Shown: piece by piece, positions 1 through 9,057 of the stretch | How the letters are laid out: each line of letters opens with the position of its first letter | How positions within the stretch are numbered: position 1 is the stretch's first letter | NCBI GenBank assembly: GCA_963744995.1 | Contig: CAVUWA010000009.1 | Location: forward strand, 416,001-480,000 | Source: Candidatus Eiseniibacteriota bacterium | GTDB taxonomy: Bacteria > Eisenbacteria > RBG-16-71-46 | Direction: 5' to 3' | Length of the DNA stretch: 64,000 nucleotides | The notes under the pieces: generated by a model | The model's input: only the letters and a program-made list of their open reading frames with translations | Databases searched by the model: none | Told to the model about the DNA's origin: nothing | Made by a program: the position numbers and the translations under genes

Positions 1-168
1 GCCGCCGGCGACCATCGGCTGGCCATGACGTTCGCGCTGTTCGGGCTGGGCGCCGCGGCGCCGGTGACCGTGGACGATGCGGCCGCGATCACCACGTCCT
101 ATCCGGGCTTCGAGACCGAGCTGGCCGCGCTCGCGCCCGGCGCGCTCGACGCGGGAGCGCCGGCGTGA
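1..168 (+). CDS. aroA: 3-phosphoshikimate 1-carboxyvinyltransferase, C-terminal fragment (5' truncated by window)
   Basis: Frame 1 reads AAGDHRLAMTF...TTSYPGF, the DHR.AM and SYP.F motifs of EPSP synthase. Its TGA overlaps the cmk GTG, in the usual aroA-cmk-rpsA order. Confidence 0.9.
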   Translation, partial: AAGDHRLAMTFALFGLGAAAPVTVDDAAAITTSYPGFETELAALAPGALDAGAPA

Positions 169-860
169 GCTTCGTCGTGACCATCGACGGCCCGGCTGCG
201 GCCGGCAAGAGCACCACCGCGCGCGCGGTCGCGGCGCGCCTCGGCTTCGTCTACATCGACACGGGGGCGCTCTACCGGGCGCTGGCACTCAAGGTCCTCG
301 ACGAGGGTGTCTCGCCGGACGATCCGGACGCCGTGGAGACCGCGCTCGACGGCACCGAGCTCGATCTCTCCGGCTCGCCCGACACTCCGCACGTGCGGCT
401 CGACGGACGCGAGGTCACCGAGCAGATCCGGACGCCGGAGGTGAGCGAGATGGCGTCCCGGCTCGCCGCGCAGCGCGCCGTGCGGGCGCGGCTCGTGGAC
501 GTCCAGCGTGACCTCGCCGCGCACGGTCCGCTGATCGGCGAGGGGCGCGATCTCGGCACGGTCGTGTTTCCGGACGCCGAGGTGAAGATCTATCTCGACG
601 CCGATGCCGAGTCGCGCGCGCGGCGCCGGTACCGGGAGCTTCAGGAGCGCGGCATCCCGGTCCCGTTCGAGGACGTGCTGGCCGAGCTCGAGCGTCGCGA
701 CCGCCGCGACCGCGAACGTGCCGACAGCCCGCTGGCGGTTCCGCCCGACGCCCAGGTGATGGACACCACCGGGATGGACGTCGAGGAGCAGATCCGCGGC
801 GTGATGGACATCGTGCAGTCGCATCCGGCCTTCCCGGGCGTCGGGCGCGAGCCTGCATGA
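165..860 (+). CDS. cmk: Cytidylate kinase
   Basis: TIDGPAAAGKST P-loop, DTGALYRA, EGRDLGTVVFPDA, RDRRD motifs. Confidence 0.97.
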   Translation: MSFVVTIDGPAAAGKSTTARAVAARLGFVYIDTGALYRALALKVLDEGVSPDDPDAVETALDGTELDLSGSPDTPHVRLDGREVTEQIRTPEVSEMASRLAAQRAVRARLVDVQRDLAAHGPLIGEGRDLGTVVFPDAEVKIYLDADAESRARRRYRELQERGIPVPFEDVLAELERRDRRDRERADSPLAVPPDAQVMDTTGMDVEEQIRGVMDIVQSHPAFPGVGREPA

Positions 861-975
861 CATTGTGCGGCAAGCCGTTCCGGGGCCGGGGCCGGAACCC
901 GGCGAGCGGGCGGCCCGGGGCGCGGCGCCGGACCGGCCACGCAGCGCCGCGCCCCGTTTCAGGTTAGGAGATTTC

Positions 976-1617
976 TTGAGCGCGTATTATAGTGCCTGCC
1001 GGTCTGCGATCTCCGGCGCCATGAAGGTGTTCAACGGATGGGAGGTGCGCGGGCGCGAACACGTTCCCCGCGAGGGCGGCGTGATCGTCGCTCCGAACCA
1101 CATCTCCTTCTGGGATCCGCCGCTCGTCGGAGCCGCAGCGAAGCGCGAGTTGCATTTCCTCGCCAAGGAAGAGTTGTTCCGCACGCCGCTGCTCGGCCCG
1201 CTCATCCGCGTGTTCAACGCGATCCCGATCCGTCGGGGGATGGCGGACGTTCGTGGATTGTCGCGGGCCATCGAAGTCCTCCAGCGGGGCGACGCGCTCC
1301 TCGTGTTTCCCGAAGGCAGCCGCATGCGGGACGGAAAGCTGCATCCGGCCCGTCCCGGCATCGGGTTCCTGGCGGTGCAGGGCGACGCGACCATCGTTCC
1401 GGCCTGCGTGTCGGGCACGAACCGGCCGCGGCACTGGCTGCTGCGCCTGGAGAAGGTGCGGGTCCGCTTCGGCCCTGGGCGGCACTGGCGCTCCTACGCC
1501 GGTGACGACGGGGCGCAGGGGCGGGCGCTGTACCAGCGTATCGGCGACGGCGTCATGCAGGACGTCGCGGCGCTGCGCGAACTGCAGTTGACGAGAGCAT
1601 CACGCGGTGCGGCCTGA
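976..1617 (+). CDS. plsC: 1-acyl-sn-glycerol-3-phosphate acyltransferase (PlsC family)
   Basis: NHISFWD (HX4D), FLAKEEL and FPEGSR motifs. TTG start at 976 follows AGGAG; ATG 1021 is an alternative. Confidence 0.88.
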   Translation: MSAYYSACRSAISGAMKVFNGWEVRGREHVPREGGVIVAPNHISFWDPPLVGAAAKRELHFLAKEELFRTPLLGPLIRVFNAIPIRRGMADVRGLSRAIEVLQRGDALLVFPEGSRMRDGKLHPARPGIGFLAVQGDATIVPACVSGTNRPRHWLLRLEKVRVRFGPGRHWRSYAGDDGAQGRALYQRIGDGVMQDVAALRELQLTRASRGAA

Positions 1618-1660
1618 GCGGTCGCACCCTATTCCAATGGTTCAAGGAGGTCTTCACCCC

Positions 1661-3463
1661 ATGCTGGAAACGTCGGAAGAAACCCTCAACCCCGCATCGG
1701 AAACGCCGAAGCGGGCACCCTCACCGCCTCCATTCCCGCTCAACGCGGACGAGGACGACGAGGAACTCACCCCCGAGCTGCGGGCGCAGATGTTCGACGT
1801 CTATGAAGAGTCGATGCGCTCGATCGCCGAGGGCGAGATCGTCAAGGGCACCGTGCTTTCGGTCGACGACAAGGACGTCCTGGTGGACGTCGGATTCAAG
1901 AGCGAAGGCATCGTCTCCCTTTCGGAATTCGCCGATCCGGCGAGCATCAAGGTCGGCGACACCATCGAAGTCTTCCTCGAGAAGATGGAGAACCAGGACG
2001 GGCTGGTCGTCCTGTCGAAGCAGCGCGCGGATTTCGTGCGTGTATGGGATCGGGTCAAGGAAGCCCATGACACCGGTCAGGTGGTCGAAGGCCGCATGGT
2101 CCGCAAGATCAAGGGCGGGGTGGTCGTGGACCTCTACGGGGTCGAGGCCTTCCTGCCGGGATCGCAGATCGCGCTGCGTCAGGTGCAGAACGTGGACGCG
2201 ATGCTCGGCCAGACCGTGTCGGTCAAGATCATCAAGCTGAACAAGCGGCGCCGCAACATCGTCGTCTCGCGCCGCAGCGTGCTCGAGGAAGAGCGCGAGA
2301 AGATGAAGGGCAAGATCCTCAAGGATCTGGCCAAGGATCAGATCCGCGAAGGCGTGGTCAAGAACATCACCGACTTCGGCGCATTCGTGGACCTCGGTGG
2401 CATCGACGGCCTGCTGCACATCACCGACATGTCGTGGGGCCGCGTCGGGCACCCGTCCGAGCTGGTCAAGATCGGCGACAAGGTGCGGGTGAAGGTGCTC
2501 AACTTCGATCCCGAGAAGGAGCGTATCTCGCTCGGCCTGAAGCAGCTCGAGGCCTACCCGTGGGAAGGCGTCGACGAGAAGTACAAGGTCGGCGACCGCG
2601 TGAAGGGTCGCGTCGTGTCGATCACCGACTACGGCGCATTCGTCGAGCTGGAGAAGGGCGTGGAAGGCCTCGTGCACGTCTCCGAGATGTCGTGGACGCG
2701 TCACGTGCGGCATCCGTCCAAGGTCGTCAACATCGGCGACGAGATCGAGGCGGTCGTGCTCAAGGTCGACAAGGCGAACGAGAAGATCTCGCTCGGCTTG
2801 AAGCAGACCGAGCCCGATCCGTGGCTCACGCTCGACCAGAAGTACCCCGAGGGCACCCGCGTTGAGGGCAAGGTGCGGAACCTCACGAATTTCGGCGCGT
2901 TCGTCGAGCTGGAGGAGGGCATCGACGGCCTGGTGCACGTCAGCGACATGTCGTGGACCAAGCGCGTGGCGCACCCCAGCGAGGTGCTCAAGAAGGGCGA
3001 CACGGTCGAGGTCGTGATCCTGTCGATCGACAAGGAGCACCGCCGCATCAGCCTGGGCCTCAAGCAGGTCTCCGAGGATCCGTGGCCACAGCTCGCCGAG
3101 AAGTTCCCGTCGGGAATGGAAGTCAGCGGCACGGTCAACCGCCTGTTCGACCGCGGCGCGATCGTGGACCTCGGCGAAGGCATCGAAGGCTTCATTCCGC
3201 TCTCGCAGCTGGGCCAGGACGACCTCAAGCGTCCGAACGACGCCTTCGAGGTGGGCGAGACCCTCACCATGAAGGTGACCCGGGTGGACGTGCCGAATCA
3301 TCGCCTGATCCTCAGCGTGAAGGCGTGGCTCTCGGACCAGGACGACATCGCTCTGGCCGAGTGGACGTCGAAGCGCAATCAGGTCAAGGCGCGCATCGCC
3401 TCGAATCCGTCGCCTGAAGAAGGCGGAGGCTCGAGCGACTCGGGCGATTCCGGCGACGAATAG
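1661..3463 (+). CDS. rpsA: 30S ribosomal protein S1
   Basis: Six S1 repeats (FGAFVDLGGIDGLLH, YGAFVELEKGVEGLVH etc.). AAGGAGG RBS precedes ATG 1661. Confidence 0.98.
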   Translation: MLETSEETLNPASETPKRAPSPPPFPLNADEDDEELTPELRAQMFDVYEESMRSIAEGEIVKGTVLSVDDKDVLVDVGFKSEGIVSLSEFADPASIKVGDTIEVFLEKMENQDGLVVLSKQRADFVRVWDRVKEAHDTGQVVEGRMVRKIKGGVVVDLYGVEAFLPGSQIALRQVQNVDAMLGQTVSVKIIKLNKRRRNIVVSRRSVLEEEREKMKGKILKDLAKDQIREGVVKNITDFGAFVDLGGIDGLLHITDMSWGRVGHPSELVKIGDKVRVKVLNFDPEKERISLGLKQLEAYPWEGVDEKYKVGDRVKGRVVSITDYGAFVELEKGVEGLVHVSEMSWTRHVRHPSKVVNIGDEIEAVVLKVDKANEKISLGLKQTEPDPWLTLDQKYPEGTRVEGKVRNLTNFGAFVELEEGIDGLVHVSDMSWTKRVAHPSEVLKKGDTVEVVILSIDKEHRRISLGLKQVSEDPWPQLAEKFPSGMEVSGTVNRLFDRGAIVDLGEGIEGFIPLSQLGQDDLKRPNDAFEVGETLTMKVTRVDVPNHRLILSVKAWLSDQDDIALAEWTSKRNQVKARIASNPSPEEGGGSSDSGDSGDE

Positions 3464-3489
3464 CCGCCGCGAAGATCCGTACAGACCGG

Positions 3490-3519
3490 ACGGCCGGGGG
3501 AGCGATCCCCCGGCCGTTT
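3490..3519 (+). terminator. Probable intrinsic terminator after rpsA
   Basis: 12-bp stem ACGGCCGGGGGA/TCCCCCGGCCGT with GCGA loop and a short T tail. Confidence 0.65.
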
Positions 3520-3648
3520 GCGTGTCCGGTCCCGGAGTTCAGCCGGCTTCGCGCAGCGGCGAGCCGTGGACTCCGCCCGGCGTCCGGGCGAACCGGCACG
3601 CGGCGGCGCGTTTGGCCGCGCCGGCCGGCCCCGCTTATGCTCCCCGCC

Positions 3649-4509
3649 ATGGTCGCCCTCCTGGCAATCGCCGCCGCGCTCGCCGCGGCCGTTCCGCCCT
3701 CTGACAGCCTCACCGCGCTCGTGCGGGGCGCGCCCGCCGACAGCGTCGCGCTGCGGCTCCATGCCTGGATCCAGGCGCACCCGGCGGGGGCCGACGGGGT
3801 GAGCGCGCTGCTGCTGCTCGGCCGCTACGAGTACGCGCGCGGCGAGTACCGGCCCGCGGCGGCGGCCTTTGCGCGGGCCGGCGCGCGGCTCGAGCCGGCG
3901 AAGAAACCCGAAGCGCGCTACTGGGCGGGGCTCAGCTGGTTCGCGCTCGGCGACCTCGAGCGCGCCCGCGGCGCCCTCGAGGAGGTGGCGCGCGCGGGTG
4001 GCGAGCGCGCGAGCGACGCGCAGCTCGCGCTGGCCCAGGTCTGGGAGGCGGGCGGGCGCAGCGACAAGGCGTTGGAAGCGCTCAATGCGCTGCTCGCCGG
4101 GGATCCGGGCGAAGCGGGGGCGACCGCGCTGGCGATGACGTTCGAAATCGCGACCGCCCAGCATCGCGAGCCCGAGGCCGAGCGTGCCGCGGGGCGCCTG
4201 CTGCGCGACTATCCGCGCAGCCTCGAAGCCGCGCGCTTCGGCCAGCGCGTGGTGACGCCGCCCTCGACGCAGGGTCACATCGCGGTGCGCCTCGGCGCGT
4301 TCAGCGAGGAGGCCCGTGCGCGCGCGCTGGCCGCAGCCGCACGCCGCGCGGGCTTCGCCGAGGTACGGGTCATTCCGCCGAGTGGCGCGGGCGCACCGCT
4401 CTACATCGTCCGCCTGGGTCCCTACGCCGACCCCGATCAGGCGCAGCAGCAGGCCGAGCGCATCGCGGAACGGCTCGGCATCATTCCCGAGCGCATCCAG
4501 ACCCCGTGA
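3649..4509 (+). CDS. Secreted TPR-repeat protein with C-terminal SPOR domain
   Basis: Signal peptide, TPR-like helices (ARYWAGLSWFALGD), SPOR-like C-terminus (VRLGAFS...YIVRLGPY). Start 3649 chosen from the TATGCT -10 spacing; ORF track starts at 3637. Confidence 0.75.
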   Translation: MVALLAIAAALAAAVPPSDSLTALVRGAPADSVALRLHAWIQAHPAGADGVSALLLLGRYEYARGEYRPAAAAFARAGARLEPAKKPEARYWAGLSWFALGDLERARGALEEVARAGGERASDAQLALAQVWEAGGRSDKALEALNALLAGDPGEAGATALAMTFEIATAQHREPEAERAAGRLLRDYPRSLEAARFGQRVVTPPSTQGHIAVRLGAFSEEARARALAAAARRAGFAEVRVIPPSGAGAPLYIVRLGPYADPDQAQQQAERIAERLGIIPERIQTP

Positions 4510-7151
4510 GCGCGACGCGGGCGAAGACGGCGGCCGGGAAACGGGCGGCGGGAAGAGGGGCGGGCGCCCGCACTCCGTTGATGGAGCAGTATGCGCGCAT
4601 CAAGCACGAGCATCCCGACGCGTTCCTGTTCTTCCGGCTCGGCGACTTCTACGAGATGTTCTTTGAGGACGCGGTGCAGGCGTCACAGCTGCTCGGCCTC
4701 ACGCTGACCTCGCGCAACCGCCAGGATCCCCGCCCGATCCCGATGTGCGGCATTCCGTGGCACCAGCGGGATCCCTACGTCGCACGCCTGCTGCGCATGG
4801 GGCACAAGGTCGCGATCTGCGACCAGCTCGAAGACGCCGCGCAGGCGAAGGGGCTCGTCGAACGCGGCGTGACCGAGATCCTCACGCCCGGCTCGGTCAC
4901 CGGCGAGGCCTTTCTGGATCCGGCGGCGAACAATTTCCTCGCGGCGCTGTGGCCGGCGGAAGCGGGTATCGGCCTGTGCCTCGCCGACGCCTCCACGGGG
5001 GAGGTGAAACTCGCCGAGTGGCGCTGGGAGGAAGCCGGCGGCCCGCTTTCAAGGCTCCGCGTGGCCGAGTGGGTCGTCCCGGAGCCGGGCGACCTGCCGG
5101 AGCCGGTCGCGCACCGCCTGGCGGCGCTGCAGCGCGGGCTCGCGGGAGCGTCGAGCCCGGTGCCGGCGGTGCGCTACGCCGCGTTCGAGTCGGTGCGCTC
5201 GCGCTGGCCCGAAACGGCGGACGGCGGATTCGACGACATGCCGCTCGCGCTCGCGGCGGGGGCCGCGGCGCTCGACTACATGGACCGCGTCTCGGGCGGG
5301 AGGGCGCTCCAGCTCTCGCGCCTCGAGCGCTGGCGCGAGGACGACACGCTGCGCTACGACGCGGCGACCGCGCGGCACCTCGAGCTGTTCCGACCGGCGC
5401 CGGGGGGCGAGGCGTCCCACACCCTGTGGCATCACCTGAACCTGTGCGTGTCGGCCCCGGGCTCGAGACGCCTGCGCGGCTGGATCGAGCGGCCGCTCGC
5501 GCGGCTCGAACAGCTCGCCGCGCGCCATGCCGCCGTCGGGCGCTGGCTCGAGGCCGGCGTCGAGCGCGGCGGCTTCCGCGAGCGGCTCAAGGGGTTCCCG
5601 GATCTCGAGCGGCTCGCGGCCCGGGTGGCATGCGGCAAAGCCACCCCGCGCGATCTCGGCGCGCTGCGCGACGGGCTCGAACGCCTGCCGGAACTCTCCG
5701 CCGCGCTCCACGCGCTCGATGCGGATCATTCCGGGCTCGACGCGCTGTGCGGCGCGCCGGGCCTCGCCGCGCGCCTCAAGGCCGCGCTCACCGACGAGCC
5801 GCCGCCGATCGCCCGTGACGGAGGCATCGTGCGGGCCGGTTACGACGCGCATCGCGACCGCCTGCACGAGCTCGCCCACTCCGGCAAGCGCTGGATCGCC
5901 GAGCTCGAGGCGGCCGAACGCGCGCGCACCGGCATACCGAGTCTCAAGGTCGGCTACAACCGCGTCTTCGGCTACTACCTCGAGGTCACCCGTCCGCACC
6001 TCGACAAGGTGCCGTCCGAATGGGAGCGGCGGCAGACGCTCACCACGGCCGAGCGCTTCATCACGCCGGAACTCAAGGTCAAGGAGCAGGAGGTGCTCAC
6101 CGCGGAGGACAAGCTCAAGGCGCGCGAACACGAGCTGTTCGTCGAGCTGCGCGAAGCCGCGGCACGGGAGGTCCCCGTGCTGCAGCGCGCGGCGGAGGGG
6201 CTGGGCGTGCTCGACGCCGAGGCCGCCCTGGCCGAGGCCGCGGCCCGCTTCGGGTGGACGCGCCCCGAGCTCTCCGGGTCCGACCGGCTCGACCTCACCG
6301 GCGCCCGGCATCCGGTGGTCGAGCGGCTGCTCGCCCGCGGCGAGTTCGTGCCGAACGACGTGCGGCTCGACGGCCGCACGCGGCAGATCCTGCTGCTCAC
6401 CGGGCCCAACATGGGCGGCAAGAGCACCTACCTCAGGCAGACCGCACTGATCGTGCTGCTCGCCCAGGCCGGTTCGTTCGTGCCGGCGGAGCACGCGGCG
6501 ATCGGACTCGTGGACCGGCTATTCACACGCGTCGGCGCCGCGGACCGTCTCGGCGCCGGACAGAGCACGTTCATGGTCGAGATGCAGGAGACCGCGGACA
6601 TCCTGGCCTCGGCCACGCCGCGCTCGCTGGTGCTGCTCGACGAGATCGGCCGCGGCACGGCCACCTACGACGGTCTGGCCCTGGCCTGGGCGGTCACCGA
6701 GTTCCTGCATGCGGCCGGCGGCCCCAGGCCGCGCACGATCTTCGCGACCCACTACCACGAGCTGACCCAGCTCGCCGGCGAGCTGCCGCGACTCGCCAAC
6801 GTGCACGTCACCGTGCGCGAGTGGCAGGATCAGGTCGTGTTTCTGCACCGCATCGTCGACGGCGCCGCCGATCGTTCCTACGGCATCCACGTGGCGCGGC
6901 TCGCCGGGATCCCGGAACCGGTGATCGCGCGCGCGGCGGAGGTGCTGCACGAGCTGGAGAGCGAGCGCACGGCCGACCATCTGTCGTCGGCCCGGCCGCG
7001 GCAGGACGCCGCACAGGCGGAGCTGCCGCTCGGGCCCGCGCCCGCGCATCCGCTCGCCGCCGCGCTCGCGGCGCTCTCGCCCGAGGCGCTCACGCCGCTC
7101 GAAGCGCTGAACCTTCTCGCCGAATGGAAGAAGAAGTGGGGCGGGGGGTGA
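4506..7151 (+). CDS. mutS: DNA mismatch repair protein MutS
   Basis: TPLMEQY, FRLGDFYEMF, TGPNMGGKST, STFMVEM, LDEIGRGT, FATHYHEL, SYGIHVARLAG motifs. Confidence 0.98.
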   Translation: MSATRAKTAAGKRAAGRGAGARTPLMEQYARIKHEHPDAFLFFRLGDFYEMFFEDAVQASQLLGLTLTSRNRQDPRPIPMCGIPWHQRDPYVARLLRMGHKVAICDQLEDAAQAKGLVERGVTEILTPGSVTGEAFLDPAANNFLAALWPAEAGIGLCLADASTGEVKLAEWRWEEAGGPLSRLRVAEWVVPEPGDLPEPVAHRLAALQRGLAGASSPVPAVRYAAFESVRSRWPETADGGFDDMPLALAAGAAALDYMDRVSGGRALQLSRLERWREDDTLRYDAATARHLELFRPAPGGEASHTLWHHLNLCVSAPGSRRLRGWIERPLARLEQLAARHAAVGRWLEAGVERGGFRERLKGFPDLERLAARVACGKATPRDLGALRDGLERLPELSAALHALDADHSGLDALCGAPGLAARLKAALTDEPPPIARDGGIVRAGYDAHRDRLHELAHSGKRWIAELEAAERARTGIPSLKVGYNRVFGYYLEVTRPHLDKVPSEWERRQTLTTAERFITPELKVKEQEVLTAEDKLKAREHELFVELREAAAREVPVLQRAAEGLGVLDAEAALAEAAARFGWTRPELSGSDRLDLTGARHPVVERLLARGEFVPNDVRLDGRTRQILLLTGPNMGGKSTYLRQTALIVLLAQAGSFVPAEHAAIGLVDRLFTRVGAADRLGAGQSTFMVEMQETADILASATPRSLVLLDEIGRGTATYDGLALAWAVTEFLHAAGGPRPRTIFATHYHELTQLAGELPRLANVHVTVREWQDQVVFLHRIVDGAADRSYGIHVARLAGIPEPVIARAAEVLHELESERTADHLSSARPRQDAAQAELPLGPAPAHPLAAALAALSPEALTPLEALNLLAEWKKKWGGG

Positions 7152-7209
7152 GAGCGCAAGTCACGGCGTGAGGGCGGCAGCCGGCCCGCACCGGGGCCTC
7201 GCAGGGAGC

Positions 7210-7794
7210 CTAGCTTCTCCGCGGGCGTCCGCCGTTGCCGCGGGCCGCGACCGTGGCGGACCGCTTCGCGCGGCCGTTGGTGCTCGCAGGCAGGATCTGC
7301 ACGAGCGCGGTGGGCGCCGCGCCGCCCACCGGGTGCGCCTCGCGGAAGCGGATCAGATTCCGGTAGTGCCCCGGACGCCGCTCGCGGATCCACGCCTCCA
7401 GCTCCTCGCCGGTACTGAACACGTACTGGATGTCGAGGAGTGGATAGCGGCGCTCGCAGGAACGCGGATCGTACTGGCGACACAGCACCGGATGGCGGCC
7501 GTAGATCGAGCAGCGGCCCTTCGAGTCGAGCTTGCCGCACTGCGTGTCGACCTGCAGGTACCACTTCTCCGGCTTCTCCACGAAAATGCTGATGTGCTCG
7601 TGGTAGAGCGCCCAGATCCACTGATCGTAGTCCTCGGCCGCGCGCGGCGAGTCGATTTCGACCGTGATGTAGGTGCAGCACTTCTGGCAGCCGGCGCACA
7701 GATCCGCGTTCTCCTCGGGACTGAGTTCATGGGAGTCGCGTTTGTCGTCGGTCTCGGGAAGATCGTCGGTCGTCAGCACTTTGGAATCGCTCAT
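7210..7794 (-). CDS. YkgJ-like cysteine-cluster (CxxCxxCC) putative Fe-S/Zn protein
   Basis: CAGCQKCC...C...CSIY..HP.LCRQY pattern. Confidence 0.8.
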   Translation of the reverse strand: MSDSKVLTTDDLPETDDKRDSHELSPEENADLCAGCQKCCTYITVEIDSPRAAEDYDQWIWALYHEHISIFVEKPEKWYLQVDTQCGKLDSKGRCSIYGRHPVLCRQYDPRSCERRYPLLDIQYVFSTGEELEAWIRERRPGHYRNLIRFREAHPVGGAAPTALVQILPASTNGRAKRSATVAARGNGGRPRRS

Positions 7795-7864
7795 GACCCG
7801 CGTTTATAACCGAAAGGTGCAGGACATGCCAGCCCGCCCGCATGAAAGCGGCGCAGCCCACGGC

Positions 7865-8719
7865 TCAGCGTCCGGCGGCCGGGGCCGCCAGCACCTCACC
7901 CGCGATCCGCGCGAGCGCGGTGTCCGGAGAGACGGCGGCGAAGTCACGCACCGCGCGCACGAGCGCGGTGTCGCGCGCGCCCGCCGCAGCGTCCAGCGCG
8001 AGCCAGGCCTCGCGGCCCGCATCGGCGTGGTGCGCGCGACGCTCGAGCACCGCCGCTAGCGTCTCGGCGGCCGCCGGGCGACGCCCGAACGTGCGCGGCG
8101 CCTTCCACAGCGCGCGGGCCGCCTCGCAGCGCACCTCCTCGACCGGATCGCCGAGCAGCGTCACGAGCCGGACCCGCAGGCTGTCGCGCAGCGGATCGTC
8201 GAGGTGCCGCGCGGGGAACGCCGGGCGATCGTGCTCGATGTCGGTGACGATCAGATTGACGCCCAGGGCGAGGGCGGCGCGGGCGCGCACGGCGGGATCC
8301 GCATCGCGGGAGAGCGGCAGCAGCCGCGCCACGGTCTCCGGGGAACGGTAGCTCCAGCGCCGGATCGCGCGAATCTTCCCCGCCGCGGTCGACGGCAGCG
8401 GCGGCTCGCCGCCGGCAGGCACGAACGGGTGCCAGACGAGCGGCGAGAGGCCGAGCAGGACGGCGACGGCACGGGCGATGAAGCGGCGGCGGCCGGCCGG
8501 CATGCGTCGCCCGGCAAACCAGGCGCCGAGCGCCATGCCGTAGACGCTCGGCCAGATCCAGCCGCCGTCGGTGAGCCATGCGCGGTAGGCGTGGCCGGCA
8601 CGCGGATCATGGGCCATGACGCCGATGCCGTCGATCGCGTAGCCGGCGGCAAGGGTCAGCAGACCGCCCAGCAGCGCACCGGCGATCAGTGCGCCCGCGA
8701 GCGGGGGCGCGTCGCTCAG
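7865..8719 (-). CDS. Membrane protein with HEAT-like repeats
   Basis: Three hydrophobic segments, then DADPAVRARAALALG and DPVEEVRCEAARALW repeats. Start uncertain, possibly a CTG overlapping the upstream stop. Confidence 0.6.
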   Translation of the reverse strand: MSDAPPLAGALIAGALLGGLLTLAAGYAIDGIGVMAHDPRAGHAYRAWLTDGGWIWPSVYGMALGAWFAGRRMPAGRRRFIARAVAVLLGLSPLVWHPFVPAGGEPPLPSTAAGKIRAIRRWSYRSPETVARLLPLSRDADPAVRARAALALGVNLIVTDIEHDRPAFPARHLDDPLRDSLRVRLVTLLGDPVEEVRCEAARALWKAPRTFGRRPAAAETLAAVLERRAHHADAGREAWLALDAAAGARDTALVRAVRDFAAVSPDTALARIAGEVLAAPAAGR

Positions 8720-9057
8720 TCCTCGCGGACGATCGCTTTCCACACCATGCCCACGATCGCCAGCAGCAACGAGCCCAGCAGCAGCGCACCGAAACCGCGG
8801 ACGTGGAACCCGGGCACCACCAGATCCGTGAGCCACAGCATCACCGCGTTGAGGATCAGCAGGAAGAAGCCGAGGGTCACGATCGTCAGCGGCAGAGTGA
8901 GCAGGAACAGCACGGGCTTGATGACGGTGTTGGCCAGGCCGAGGACGAGGGCCGCCAGGATCGCGGGCCCCCAGCCGCTCACGAAGAACCCCGGGATCAC
9001 GTGGGACAGCGACATGAACGCACAGGCCATGACGAGGAAATAGAGGACGTGTTTCAC
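8716..9057 (-). CDS. YvlD/DUF360 'phage holin family' 4-TM membrane protein
   Basis: ALVLGLANTVIKPVLFLLTLPLTIVTLGFFLLILNA signature. GTG start overlaps the stop of the upstream gene. Confidence 0.85.
   Translation of the reverse strand: MKHVLYFLVMACAFMSLSHVIPGFFVSGWGPAILAALVLGLANTVIKPVLFLLTLPLTIVTLGFFLLILNAVMLWLTDLVVPGFHVRGFGALLLGSLLLAIVGMVWKAIVRED

Noticed and set aside
2340..3070. Internal DNA repeats in rpsA
   Set aside because: Explained by tandem S1 domains.
8716..9057. 'Phage holin' as evidence of a prophage
   Set aside because: YvlD/DUF360 proteins are common chromosomal membrane proteins, and no phage genes are nearby.
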